Source: Alphaproteobacteria bacterium
GTDB lineage: Bacteria; Pseudomonadota; Alphaproteobacteria; Caedimonadales; UBA9215
NCBI GenBank assembly: GCA_024281375.1
Contig: JAJSAD010000041.1
Location: 19,397-83,396, forward strand
Length of the DNA: 64,000 nucleotides
Direction of reading: 5' to 3'
In this document: positions 27,819-38,900 of the stretch, in pieces
Position numbering within the stretch: the stretch's first letter is position 1
How the letters are laid out: each line of letters starts with the position of its first letter
Position numbers and translations under genes: made by a program
The notes under the pieces: model-generated
The model's input: the letters and a program-made list of their open reading frames with translations, nothing else
Databases searched by the model: none
Told to the model about the DNA's origin: nothing

Positions 27819-28864
27819 AAAAATTAAAACTCTATTTTTTAACAGCTTTTTTAGCCCTTGTAGGGCTCTATACTTATACATGGTATTTGGGAGCTAATAA
27901 GCTTGAAATGGCTATCGTTGACCAGGTTAAAATCCTAGAAGAAAAAGGCTATCGTATCGCCTATGGGGCCATCCGCGTCAAGGGTTTTCCTTTTAAAATT
28001 AACCTAGAAATTGATGATGCCTTAATCGAGGCCCCCGCACCAGTTTCAGCCTCTCTTACCATCAACGGAACCCTCCATGGATACGCCTCCCTTATGGACC
28101 CAACTTCCGTTATGTTTAAAGCAGACCAGGGGATTGAAATCAAAACATCTCTCCTTAAAGAAAACAATAATACAGTTTTAAAATCTCAATCTTTAAGTGC
28201 CCACATGCCTCTTCCCATGCCTTTAAAAAACTTTGAAATCACCTTTCAAAATGTCCATATTGGGGCTGTTGATATAAAAACAGAGACCTTAAGTCTGGGC
28301 CTCAAACTCCACGAAAGTGACCGGGCTCTTGATATTTATTCCTTCGATATCACAAAAATAGACCCCGGAAAGAAACTTGTTTCAGGACTGCCACAAATTA
28401 TTAATCAAGTGACAGGACAACTTTCCCTTACAGGACGTATACGCGTTGATATTCCTTTAGATCAAGCGGTTTCAAAATGGTATGAAACCAATGGTATCGC
28501 TGATGTTGGTTTATTATCTATTCAGTGGGGTGGCTTAAAAATAGAGACCAACGGCACATTCGCTTTGGATGAATCCCTTCAACCCCTTGCGGCCTTTTCA
28601 GCAGAAATTTATGGTCTTGATGACATCTTAGAGAAGCTCAAAAACCTTGGGTTTATTCATGAAAATTTACTTCCTCTTTTAAAGACCTCTCTTAGTTTTT
28701 TAAAGGAAAGTAAAAAGAACCCCGAGGGGGAGTCCAAAGAGATTTACCATAAAATAGCCATTACTGTGCAAGATAATGATGTCGTCATTGGATCGATTCC
28801 TGTTATCAAAATGCCGCCCATCAATTGGGCTAAAGTAGGAGAATTAAATGTATCGACCAGATAA
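27815..28864 (+). CDS. membrane-anchored periplasmic protein, DUF2125-like (tentative)
   Basis: N-terminal TM (LYFLTAFLALVGLYTY) followed by ~320 aa of beta-rich sequence. The family assignment is from memory of alphaproteobacterial neighbours and is not verified. Confidence 0.45.
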   Translation: MKKLKLYFLTAFLALVGLYTYTWYLGANKLEMAIVDQVKILEEKGYRIAYGAIRVKGFPFKINLEIDDALIEAPAPVSASLTINGTLHGYASLMDPTSVMFKADQGIEIKTSLLKENNNTVLKSQSLSAHMPLPMPLKNFEITFQNVHIGAVDIKTETLSLGLKLHESDRALDIYSFDITKIDPGKKLVSGLPQIINQVTGQLSLTGRIRVDIPLDQAVSKWYETNGIADVGLLSIQWGGLKIETNGTFALDESLQPLAAFSAEIYGLDDILEKLKNLGFIHENLLPLLKTSLSFLKESKKNPEGESKEIYHKIAITVQDNDVVIGSIPVIKMPPINWAKVGELNVSTR

Positions 28865-31163
28865 AAAGGTACATTTTTTTCCGGAGTCTTTTCGAGTATT
28901 TACCAAATCCCGCGGCCTTGAACTCTTAGGGCTTTTTCTATTGGCCATCAGTGCTTTTTTATTTTTATCTTTCCTAACCTACGACTCAACGGACGCCTCT
29001 TTAAATGTTATTTCTTCCCAAGAACATTTTAGAAATATTTTTAAGGAAACCGGAGCTTATATTGCTGATTTTTTTATACAGTATGTAGGGTGGTCCGCCT
29101 TAATTTTACCCCTTTGCATTGGCCTTTGGGGATTTTTAACGTTAGCTCATCACCCTCTTAAAAAGCCTATCAAGCGCCTTTTGAGCCTTGGCGTCGCCCT
29201 TCTTTTTTTAAACCTTTCCAGTGCCTCTCTTTTTATTTTCACACAAACCGACAGCGCCCAAGGCGTTATTGGTGTCGCTATTGCAACAAAACTTTTTACG
29301 CTCTTTGAGACAATGAATCTCAGTCCTCTTCTTCTTATGGTATCAGGTGTTTTTTTCACCCTTTTTAGTGTGGCGTTTTTCTATGCAACTTCCCTTTCCT
29401 TTTCTAATTGGCGTCACATTTTTAAAACCCTATGGCAAGTTACAAGAACAACCCTCAACGTCCTTCTATGGATCGCTCAAAAATGGCATCGTTACACCTC
29501 TCTTAAGCCAAAAGCCCTTTGTGAAGATTTAGAAACGATTTCTTCTGAACCTTCCTATGATACCCCTTCTGAAGACTCGCTTCTTTTAAAAGAAGAAGTA
29601 ATTCCCAAAAGAGCGCTTCCCGTGACCAAACGTCCTAAAACTCCCCCGATGTCCTTAACTAATGATGGCAGTTATACTTTACCAGATCTGAGCCTTTTAC
29701 AGTCTCCTGATGCGACAAAACAACCCGTCTTAAAACGATCAAAACTCGAAGCGAACATTGAAGATCTCTCCCAGGTTTTGGCGGATTACGGCATTAAAGG
29801 AAAGATCGTTGGGGCTAAACCAGGGCCTGTTGTCACCTTGTACGAATTAGAACCCGCCCCTGGTATTAAATCTTCAAGAATCATTGGCCTTGCGGACGAT
29901 ATTGCCCGTTCTATGCATGCTCTTTCAGCTCGTATTGCGGTTGTCCCTGGTAAAAATCTCATTGGTATTGAGCTCCCCAATGACAAGCGTCAAATGGTTT
30001 ATTTACAAGATATCCTTGCTTCTAAAGAATTCGACAATAGCCATGCCAAACTTAATTTAGCCCTTGGTAAAAACATTAGTGGGCAGCCCATTCTAACGGA
30101 CCTTGCAAGAATGCCGCACATGATTGTTGCCGGCACAACAGGCTCTGGTAAATCCGTTGGGATTAATGCCATGATTCTTTCTCTCCTTTATCGACATTCT
30201 CCCGATACTTGCCGCCTCATCTTAATCGATCCTAAGATGCTGGAATTTTCCATGTACAATGATATTCCACACCTTTTAACCCCTGTGGTAACCGAGCCCA
30301 ACAAAGCTGTTTTTGCCCTTAAATGGGCGGTACGAGAAATGGAAAACCGCTATCGGGGTATGTCTCATTTAGGGGTTCGTAATATTGAGAGCTACAATTC
30401 TACCCTCAAACAAGCTGTTGCAGAGAATCGAGAAATCACTCGGACCGTGCAAACTGGTTTTGACCCTGAAACTGGGCGCCCTCTTTTTGAAGAGCAACCC
30501 ATTGATATGAAACCTCTTCCCTATATTGTTGTTATTGTGGACGAGATGGCCGACCTCATGATGGTTGCTGGAAAAGATATTGAAGCTGCCGTTCAACGAC
30601 TTGCACAAATGGCAAGAGCTGCTGGTATTCACGTGATTATGGCCACCCAGCGCCCTTCCGTTGATGTCATCACAGGAACCATTAAAGCAAACTTTCCCAC
30701 AAGAATTAGTTTTCAAGTGACCTCAAAATTTGATAGCCGAACAATTCTGGGTGAACAAGGGGCAGAGCAACTTTTAGGCCGAGGCGATATGCTCTTTAGA
30801 GAGGCTGGGGGTCGTATTCAACGTATTCATGGCCCCTTCGTTAGCGATGAAGAAGTTGAGCGTATTGTGACCTTCTTAAAAAGCCAAGGGGCACCCGATT
30901 ATATTGGCAATGTCTGTGATGAATCCAGTGATCTCGGTATGGATACGGGTAGCAGCGCCAGCGATGAAGGGGATGAACTTTATCGGGAAGCCGTTGCCAT
31001 TGTCAAATCCGAACGGAAAGCCTCTACCAGTTTTATTCAGCGGCGCCTTCAAATTGGTTATAACCGCGCCGCCCGTATTATTGAACAAATGGAAGCAGGT
31101 GGCATTGTAAGTGCTGCAAATCATGTTGGCAAACGAGAAGTTCTCCTTGAGGAAGCCGTCTAA
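28848..31163 (+). CDS. ftsK: DNA translocase FtsK
   Basis: N-terminal TM helices, a Pro/Ser-rich linker, motor domain with GTTGSGKSVGINAMILSLL and VVIVDEMADLM, and a C-terminal gamma wHTH (RRLQIGYNRAARIIEQME). Confidence 0.9.
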   Translation: MYRPDKKVHFFPESFRVFTKSRGLELLGLFLLAISAFLFLSFLTYDSTDASLNVISSQEHFRNIFKETGAYIADFFIQYVGWSALILPLCIGLWGFLTLAHHPLKKPIKRLLSLGVALLFLNLSSASLFIFTQTDSAQGVIGVAIATKLFTLFETMNLSPLLLMVSGVFFTLFSVAFFYATSLSFSNWRHIFKTLWQVTRTTLNVLLWIAQKWHRYTSLKPKALCEDLETISSEPSYDTPSEDSLLLKEEVIPKRALPVTKRPKTPPMSLTNDGSYTLPDLSLLQSPDATKQPVLKRSKLEANIEDLSQVLADYGIKGKIVGAKPGPVVTLYELEPAPGIKSSRIIGLADDIARSMHALSARIAVVPGKNLIGIELPNDKRQMVYLQDILASKEFDNSHAKLNLALGKNISGQPILTDLARMPHMIVAGTTGSGKSVGINAMILSLLYRHSPDTCRLILIDPKMLEFSMYNDIPHLLTPVVTEPNKAVFALKWAVREMENRYRGMSHLGVRNIESYNSTLKQAVAENREITRTVQTGFDPETGRPLFEEQPIDMKPLPYIVVIVDEMADLMMVAGKDIEAAVQRLAQMARAAGIHVIMATQRPSVDVITGTIKANFPTRISFQVTSKFDSRTILGEQGAEQLLGRGDMLFREAGGRIQRIHGPFVSDEEVERIVTFLKSQGAPDYIGNVCDESSDLGMDTGSSASDEGDELYREAVAIVKSERKASTSFIQRRLQIGYNRAARIIEQMEAGGIVSAANHVGKREVLLEEAV

Positions 31164-31750
31164 TGAAACACGTAAAAATTACCCTCTTTTTTATGATCGC
31201 AATGTTCTTTGTCAATCCTGTACAAGCTGTTGTGAAACTCTCTCAGGTTGAAGCTTATCTCAACAACCTTAAAACCCTGCAAGCTCATTTCAAACAATGG
31301 GATCCCAACGGAGGATTGACCACAGGGACCCTTTATTTACAACGCCCTGGGCACATTCGTATGGATTATAATCAGCCCTCTAAACTAGTGATTCTAGCGG
31401 ATGGCGAAACTCTCTTTTTTGCAGATCGAGAAACAGGAGATCTCTCTTATTCTCCTATCGAGCAATCCCCAGCTTCTTTTTTACTAGATGCCCACATTAA
31501 TTTTCAAAAAGGTTTTAAAGTCGATGAATTTAGTGTGAAGGCCAACAGGATAAAACTTACCATCCGCCGCCAGGGAGATAATGATCTTGGGGCTCTTTCT
31601 CTTGTTTTTCAACGATCTCCCTCCCTCAAACTTATTCAATGGGTCGTGATGGACTCTCAAAACAAGAAAACCATTGTGAACTTAGAAAATATCCAATCAG
31701 GCCATAAACTTGACCCTGTTCTTTTTGATTCATCTATCTTATTGAAATAA
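31163..31750 (+). CDS. lolA: outer-membrane lipoprotein carrier protein LolA
   Basis: 195 aa with a signal peptide and LolA-like sequence (LQAHFKQ..G.LYLQRPG..R.DY). Conserved position after ftsK. Confidence 0.75.
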   Translation: MKHVKITLFFMIAMFFVNPVQAVVKLSQVEAYLNNLKTLQAHFKQWDPNGGLTTGTLYLQRPGHIRMDYNQPSKLVILADGETLFFADRETGDLSYSPIEQSPASFLLDAHINFQKGFKVDEFSVKANRIKLTIRRQGDNDLGALSLVFQRSPSLKLIQWVVMDSQNKKTIVNLENIQSGHKLDPVLFDSSILLK

Positions 31751-31784
31751 ATTTTTACCCTTTTTTTACTATTCTCCTTATACA

Positions 31785-32258
31785 ATGACCCTACCTTTAA
31801 AAAAATTGAAGACTAAGATGATCCTTTTCAGAGCGCTGTCCCTTCTCTTTTTCGTTAGTTATATAGCGACGTTTGCTGCAGCAGCAGGAAGCCATCACGA
31901 CCCTAATTACCAAGCGCCAGAGACTGTTCCTGGTTCAATAAAAATAGACTATAAAGAAGCCAAAAACCTTCATGACCAAGGTGTTCTCTTTCTGGATGTC
32001 CGTGGTGGTAATGCTTATGAAAAAAGTCGTATTGCCAATGCACAGAACTTAGATGTAAGGAGTGCTCATTTCACTCAAAAGAATTTTAAACACATTGTGG
32101 GTGGTCCCACTCAAGAGGTGGTGATTTACTGCAATGGTATAAAATGTACACGGTCTCCCCTAGCTGTAAGAAAAGCTGTAAAATGGGGTTACAAAAAAGT
32201 GTACTATTTTCGAGGTGGCTTCCCCGACTGGATTACTAATGATTTTCCAATAGAGTAA
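31785..32258 (+). CDS. rhodanese-domain sulfurtransferase-like protein (exported)
   Basis: Active-site loop VVIYCNGIKCTRSP (C-x5-R) and GGFPDW. N-terminal hydrophobic segment. ATG 31818 is an alternative start. Confidence 0.75.
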   Translation: MTLPLKKLKTKMILFRALSLLFFVSYIATFAAAAGSHHDPNYQAPETVPGSIKIDYKEAKNLHDQGVLFLDVRGGNAYEKSRIANAQNLDVRSAHFTQKNFKHIVGGPTQEVVIYCNGIKCTRSPLAVRKAVKWGYKKVYYFRGGFPDWITNDFPIE

Positions 32259-32284
32259 AAAAATAATGAGCAAGTGTTAACACG

Positions 32285-34708
32285 ATGCAACTAAAAACAA
32301 AGATAATTCTAGGAAGCCTCGCTTCCCTTGCTCTTTTATCCGCCATTCTGATCCTTGGGTGGCAGGCCAATAGTAGAATCGCTGACAAACAATATGGAAA
32401 TGCTGTTTTAAACGGAAGAGTTGCCTTGTGGATAAAAGTTGTTGCTCAAGAATATACCAAGATGAAAAGCGACTCTAGGCGCGTTAAGCGTAACAACTCC
32501 ATCACAAAAAGTCTTTCATTAGGACAAAAAGATATCCTCGGAAAATATGCCTTAGAGGACTACAATGGCCTGAGTAGTGCCAAAGTCATTACGAATTTAT
32601 CTATAACAAATTCAACAGGAAGACCTCTTTTCTCAGCAAACGACATCAGACCTGATCAATATAAAACGGCCATCCAATATACCTTAAAAAATAAGAAATC
32701 ACGCTACGATATAGTGGAAAACCGTCAAGGTAATATAGAATTTATTTTTACTTTTCCACTCTATTTTAATCGTCAGGTGGTTGGCGTTGCCATTTTCGCA
32801 AAATCTTTGGAAAATGCTGTCTCTAATTTTACAAAAAGCAATCAAACGACTGCCTATATCATAACTCCTCACGGCAAAGTGCCGTTTGACCAAAATAAAG
32901 ACCTTTTAAAAAAAATTGCTACACTCAGTCCCAAAGACCTATCACAAAAATACTTCAACTATATACAAATAAACAACACACATTTTAATTTCACAATATT
33001 TCCTCTCATGGATCAAAATAACAAAACTATTGCTACTCTTATTACCCTCCAAGAGGACACTGAAAACTTTACCAAAATGCAGGATATTTATCATACTATT
33101 TACGGGGCAGTTGCTTTCTTTTTTTTATTAACCACTTTGGGGCTATTTCTTTACCTACGACGTAAATTTTCTCCCTTAGATGCTATCGTCACAATTATCA
33201 CAAAACTATCCAAAGGAGATCTTTCTGTTAATATTCCAAAGGATCGTAAGGATGAAATTGGGGCCCTTATAAAAACACTTCATGTCTTTAAAAAAAATGT
33301 TCTTGAAGTCAATCAACGGCAAAAAGAAAAAGAAATTGAAGCACAAAATCTCTATGCTGCTGCTTATTATGACGCTTTAACGAAACTTCCTAACAGAGCT
33401 CTTTTTTTAGAAAAACTTCAACGCATTGTTGAAAAAAATCAACGTAATCAACATCATCCCGCGGCTCTTTTCTTTATTGATCTAGATCGTTTCAAAGCTG
33501 TTAATGATAGTATGGGACATGATGCAGGAGATGAACTCTTACGCCAAGCCTCGGCTCGATTACAAAAGATCGCCCGTGCTTATGAGGCTGTTTCTCGTTT
33601 GGGGGGTGATGAATTTACGATTATTATCGAAAGCATTGATGATAAAAAACTTCTCCTAAAAATGGCAGATCGTTTTCTTACTGCCTTAACGAAGCCCTTT
33701 AATATTATGGAAAAAGAAGTTCATATTTCAGGCAGTATTGGCATTTATATGATTTCAAAAAATGATAAACAAGCCGATAATATCCTACGCAACGCAGACT
33801 TAGCAATGTATAAAGCCAAGAAAAATGGGCGCTCCTGCTGTGAAATATTTCATGAAGACCAACTTCGCGAAGCACTGTCTTTTATACAGGTTCAAAATGG
33901 TTTACGCACCGCCCTAAAAAACAAAGAAATTAGAGTTTATTACCAACCCATTGTTGATGTCGCAACAGTAAAACTTGCCGGCTTTGAAAGCCTTGTACGT
34001 TGGCAACACCCTAAGCACGGTCTCATTCACCCCAATCAATTTATTCCCGTTGCAGAAGAAACGGGCCTTATTAAAGAATTGGGGCTCTATGTGTTAAAAG
34101 AATCATGTCAGCAAATTAAGTTTTTTCAAAACCTTACCTCTCCCACCACTCCCCTAACAATTGCTGTGAATTTGTCTCCTAATCAGATTACTAATGAGGA
34201 ATCCATAAAGTCTATCCTTTCTGTGATCAAAAAAGCGAACCTTCCTAAAAATATATTAAAGGTTGAATGTACAGAAACGGCCCTTATAAAAAATAGTGAG
34301 TCCATGCTCTCTTTTTTCCATGACCTAAAAGCTCTTAACGTTCAGTTGTGTATTGACGATTTTGGAACGGGATATTCCGCCCTTGAGTATATCCACAAAT
34401 ATCCTTTTGATATTCTAAAAATAGATCGATCATTCATTTCTACCATTACAAAAAACAAAAAAGACTTAAATCTAGTCAGTGGTATTGTCTCTTTAGCTCA
34501 TAATATGGGACTTCGTATTGTCGCTGAAGGCGTAGAGTATGAAGAAGAAATAAGGCACCTTTTAAAAATGAATGTCGATTTTTTTCAAGGATTTTACTTC
34601 GCAAAGCCCCTTCCTTTTGAAGAAGCCTGCACCTTTATCAAGGAAAAAAATTCCTTCAATTGGAACCACACTATTGAATACGTTACCAACCAATTAAAGC
34701 GCGGCTAA
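32285..34708 (+). CDS. membrane sensor GGDEF/EAL protein (diguanylate cyclase/phosphodiesterase)
   Basis: TM, periplasmic sensor region, TM, HAMP, then a GGDEF domain (RLGGDEFTII) and an EAL domain (FESLVRW, NLSPNQ, ECTE, DDFGTGYS, KIDRSF, AEGVE, QG). Confidence 0.9.
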   Translation: MQLKTKIILGSLASLALLSAILILGWQANSRIADKQYGNAVLNGRVALWIKVVAQEYTKMKSDSRRVKRNNSITKSLSLGQKDILGKYALEDYNGLSSAKVITNLSITNSTGRPLFSANDIRPDQYKTAIQYTLKNKKSRYDIVENRQGNIEFIFTFPLYFNRQVVGVAIFAKSLENAVSNFTKSNQTTAYIITPHGKVPFDQNKDLLKKIATLSPKDLSQKYFNYIQINNTHFNFTIFPLMDQNNKTIATLITLQEDTENFTKMQDIYHTIYGAVAFFFLLTTLGLFLYLRRKFSPLDAIVTIITKLSKGDLSVNIPKDRKDEIGALIKTLHVFKKNVLEVNQRQKEKEIEAQNLYAAAYYDALTKLPNRALFLEKLQRIVEKNQRNQHHPAALFFIDLDRFKAVNDSMGHDAGDELLRQASARLQKIARAYEAVSRLGGDEFTIIIESIDDKKLLLKMADRFLTALTKPFNIMEKEVHISGSIGIYMISKNDKQADNILRNADLAMYKAKKNGRSCCEIFHEDQLREALSFIQVQNGLRTALKNKEIRVYYQPIVDVATVKLAGFESLVRWQHPKHGLIHPNQFIPVAEETGLIKELGLYVLKESCQQIKFFQNLTSPTTPLTIAVNLSPNQITNEESIKSILSVIKKANLPKNILKVECTETALIKNSESMLSFFHDLKALNVQLCIDDFGTGYSALEYIHKYPFDILKIDRSFISTITKNKKDLNLVSGIVSLAHNMGLRIVAEGVEYEEEIRHLLKMNVDFFQGFYFAKPLPFEEACTFIKEKNSFNWNHTIEYVTNQLKRG

Positions 34709-34738
34709 TTTTTCTTCTCTAAAAATGACTGCATACTT

Positions 34739-35032
34739 TTAACGCAAGCGGCTGTTAGCAAAATTATCAGCATAGTTCTTTGGTTGTTGAACAGGGACTT
34801 GCTCGGGGATAACAACATGGGGAATATTGTTTTTCTTTGCATAAGCAACCGCCATTTCACTTGTCGAAAATGTTAAACGCAATTGGGTTTGAGTTTGCTC
34901 TGTGCTCGTCCAGTTCATCAATTGATCGACAGAACGACTACCTGAAGGCTCATAGTCTAAAATCCATTGCCTTGTTTTAGCACGCCCTACTTGCATGGTG
35001 TGGCGGTTGGGTTTATAAATACGCGCTTTCAT
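34739..35032 (-). CDS. ETC complex I subunit-like protein (NDUFS4 homolog)
   Basis: 97 aa. ARIYKPNRHTMQVGRAKTRQWILDYEP...QLMNWTS...LRLTF matches the alphaproteobacterial NDUFS4-like family. Confidence 0.8.
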   Translation of the reverse strand: MKARIYKPNRHTMQVGRAKTRQWILDYEPSGSRSVDQLMNWTSTEQTQTQLRLTFSTSEMAVAYAKKNNIPHVVIPEQVPVQQPKNYADNFANSRLR

Positions 35033-35113
35033 AGAGTCCTCTTTTCTTTCTAAGGCTATTCATCCATCATACCCCATAGCCTTTTAAAAAAATAGGGGAT
35101 AAATATATACCAC

Positions 35114-35335
35114 CAGGGCTACCTCATGAAAAAAAATTTAGATATTACGACTCCCCAATAATGCTTAAGAAAGAGAAGAATGCTACTTAGAATTAAGTTT
35201 TTTCCTTCCCTCCACCGCGTGATTTTTGACAAATAGACATTTTTCATAGAAATTTTGGACCATTAGTCAAAAAATTAGTAAAATAAAGGCACAAAAAGAG
35301 GTAGGGAAAGAACGAGGGGAAGGAACAAGAGGGCT
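35114..35335 (+). repeat. family Z repeat, copy c, plus purine-rich tail
   Basis: 35114-35239 aligns with 6777-6900. It is followed by inverted TTTTGACAAATAG / CATTAGTCAAAAA and the purine tract GGGAAAGAACGAGGGGAAGGAACAAGAGGG, which resembles 7085-7132. Confidence 0.75.
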
Positions 35336-35344
35336 ATTTACAAT

Positions 35345-35881
35345 TTAGGGCGTTTTAATCAGATATTTCTGATAGGTTTTTTGCAAGCGTTTGTCTGTAT
35401 ATTTCAATTCCTTTTCCACACTTGCCGCACGTTCAATAAACAGAATTAAGAAAATTTTTTGTTGGATGATTTTGAGTTTATGGATGTAGGATTCAACAAT
35501 CCAGTTTCCATGTACGTATTCATCAATTAAAATATATCGCACCTGCCGATCACTATCGGGAATTTTATCATTTTCTTTAAGTTTAGCCTCAAGTTTTTTA
35601 TGCTCTTTTTTAAGGCGTTTATACGAAACTGCTCGTTGGGGACTCTTTTTTAGGATTGCAGAGACTTTTTGTGTGTGCTCTACGATTTTAAAAAGGCCGG
35701 TCGTTGAGGTGCGATAAAGGTCAAGGTCTGTCGTGGGGTATTGTGTACGGACGCGAAAGTTTTTAATAATGGCAGATGTAATAATATCATAGGCTGTTTT
35801 TTCATTCGTTTTTGTTTTTTTTGCGTAAACAACTGTTGCACTTAAGAAAAGTGCAAGGTAAAGACAGTAGAATTTTTTCAT
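35345..35881 (-). CDS. hypothetical secreted lysine-rich protein
   Basis: 178 aa with signal peptide MKKFYCLYLALFLSATVVYA. No recognisable domain. Confidence 0.5.
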   Translation of the reverse strand: MKKFYCLYLALFLSATVVYAKKTKTNEKTAYDIITSAIIKNFRVRTQYPTTDLDLYRTSTTGLFKIVEHTQKVSAILKKSPQRAVSYKRLKKEHKKLEAKLKENDKIPDSDRQVRYILIDEYVHGNWIVESYIHKLKIIQQKIFLILFIERAASVEKELKYTDKRLQKTYQKYLIKTP

Positions 35882-35974
35882 TATTTTTTCCTATAAATTC
35901 TCCCTTACTCTCGCAGATAAAGATTGAAAACTCAAATGATATAGTCAAGTCCTCACCACCGGACAGATTTTCTA

Positions 35975-38900
35975 TTAAGGGGTCTTTTTTGTTTTATAAA
36001 AATAGTTGTAAATGACCGGTAACACAAAAAGCGTTAACAATGTTGAAGAAATAATTCCTCCCACAACAACCGTTGCAAGGGGCCGTTGAATCTCAGAACC
36101 TACCCCCTGGGACAAAAGCATCGGAATCAACCCCAAAGACGCAATAATAGCCGTTAAAAGAACAGGTCGAAGGCGTGATAAGGCTCCTTCCATAACACCA
36201 GCATACGTTTTCATACCATTTTTAATATTATCCTTAATCGAGTTCACCAACACAACACCATTAAGAACGGCAATCCCAAAGACCGCAATAAACCCAATAG
36301 AACTTGGAACGGAGAGGTACTGACCACTAAAGAAAAGCGCTAAAATGCCTCCAATAAGCGCCAAGGGCACATTGACCATAATCAAGACAGCATGACCAAT
36401 GGAGGAAAAGGCAAAATACAGCAGCAAGAAAATCAGTAATAGAGAAACGGGCACAATGATCATCAGCTTTTCTTGAGCTCGCTTTTGGTTTTTAAACTGT
36501 CCCCCATATTGAAGGCTATAGCCTTCTGGCAAATCTAATTTCCGTCCCAGGAGCGCTTGAATGTCTTTAACAACACTTCCCATATCGCGGCCCTTCACAT
36601 TCAACTGTACCACAACACGGCGTTGCACATCATCGCGGCGAATTTGGGGGGGACCAGCCTCAACCTTAATATCTGCTAGATGTTCTAAGCGCAGTTGATT
36701 ACCCGTGGGTGTTAAAATAGGGAGCTGTTTAATCTTATCGATGGTATTTCTATAACGTTCTTCAAGGCGTAGATAGATGTCATAACGCTCATTCCCTTTG
36801 ATGATTTTGCCAACGGCTTGTCCACGAATGTCATTGGTGATCAAAGACATAATATCACTAACATTCATACCATATTGACTAATAACATCACGCCTAGGGC
36901 TAATGATCAATTGAGGTTCCCCACTGCTTTGCTCCATGGCAACATCTTTTGTGCCTTTAACAGTCCCTACCAATTTTTCAATTTCTTTGCCTTTCTCATT
37001 TAAGACATCTAAATCAGCTCCAAAGAGCTTAATGGCCAATTCAGCCTTCACCCCAGATAATAATTCATCTACACGGGTTGCAATGGGTTGTGAAAAGGAG
37101 AGAAGAATACCTGGTAATACAGAAAGTTTTTTTGCCATAAGGGCTTCTAACTCGATACGCGTTTTAGCAGAAGTCCACTCGGTAATCGGGTCTAATTCAA
37201 CAATAAATTCAATATTAGAAATGGGCTCGGGGTCTCCGCCAATTTCTGCACGGCCAACACGACTCACAACACTAATGACCTCTGGGAATGCCATTATTTT
37301 CTTTTCTAATTTTTGCGCAACGTCCTTTGAAATTGTTAGGTTAACGGAGGGGGCTAAGGTTGCACGAATGTTAAGGGTTCCTTCTTCAAGGACAGGGACA
37401 AACTCTGTGCCTAAAAAGGGAAGAAGAGTTAAAGAGGCTGAAAACATAGCAACGGTCACAGAAATGACCTTTAGGGGATGGCAAATCAAAAACGAAAGAA
37501 CTCTGTTGAACTGTCTCAACAACCACTCAAAAGGCACATTTTTTTTATGCTTCAAGGGTTTCTTAAACACATAAATAGAAAGGGCCGGCATAATAACAAG
37601 AGCGACAATAAGGGAGGCTCCCATAGCAAACACAATGCTCTGGGCCATAGGGTGAAAGAGTTTCCCTTCAACACCCTCAAGGCCAAAAATAGGCGCAAAG
37701 ACAACAATAATAATGGAGACGGCAAAAAAGACAGGACGGGCAATTTCCCTTGAGGCTTCTTGAATCCTCAACGCTACTCCCGATTTAGGGTCGCGCCGGC
37801 TTCCCGAACTGAGGTGTTTAAAAATATTTTCCATCATCACAACGGAGCCATCCACAATCATCCCAATAGCAATGGTGAGCCCTCCAAGGGACATAAGATT
37901 TGCGGAAATACCATAATGAGACATCATCATAAGGGAAACAAGGACCGAAATAGGGATAGAAAACATCACGAGAAGGGTCATACGCAAGTTCAACAAAAAG
38001 AGAAATAAGACAATGAGAATGAGTACGAAAGCTTCAAGGAGCGCTTTTTCGACCGTCTCAACGGCTTTGTCCACTAAGGTTGATTGATCATAAAATGTTT
38101 TGATGGTCACACCCTTGGGGAGAGCCTTTTGAATGACAGACAATTTTGCTTTGATATCCTCGATGGTGCTTTTGGTATTATCCCCCATCCGCTTTAAGGC
38201 AATACCCGTGACGACTTCTCCCAAGGACCTCACACTTTTATCTTCAGTACGCAAAGACATCGTAACTAAGCCTTGACGTACTTCGCTTCCATATTGAATT
38301 TTTGCAACGTCTTTGAGGCGGACAATCCGTCCCTCAATAACCTTCACAGGAATTTGCGCGAGCTCTTGCAGGCCTTGCTCATCGCTCGCATACCAACCAG
38401 ATCCTCGAATCACAATTTGTTCGTTAGGCGTTTCTAAAAACCAACCTCCCGCATTCAAGTTATTTTTTTCTATGGCGTCCTGGAGGTCTGCTCCCGTCAG
38501 GTTATAAGATAACAGCCTCAAAGGATCAAAAAGAACTTGATATTGTTTCACTTCTCCGCCAAAAGACAGAATATTTGTCACCCCTGGAACCGTCAGAAGA
38601 GATAGCTTAACAAACCAATCATTAAGGGCCCGCAGTTCCATTATATTATAGTGTTCAGGATCATCGGGTAAAAGAGCATATTGGAAAACTTGACCCAACC
38701 CAGAAGAATTAGGACCAATTTCAGGGACACCAGCTTCCTTTGGAATATTTTCAGAAGCAAGTTGGAGCTGTTGAAAAACTTGCTCTCGGGCGAAATAAAT
38801 ATCCGTTCCTTCTTTAAAAACAACGGTCACAACAGAGAGACCGGTCTTTGAAATAGAGCGTACTTCTTCAACATCCGGTAACGAATACATCTCTGATTCA

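Noticed and set aside
36936-37574. 212-aa plus-strand ORF (and several others, 36818-38507) inside the RND pump gene
   Set aside because: It is antisense to a 1043-aa gene with unmistakable RND motifs, and the translation is low-complexity. The same reasoning applies to 8705..9256, 17748..18134, 22981..23325, 27222..27569, 30369..30716, 40865..41263, 41303..41632, 61167..61832, 62930..63190 and 63313..63807.
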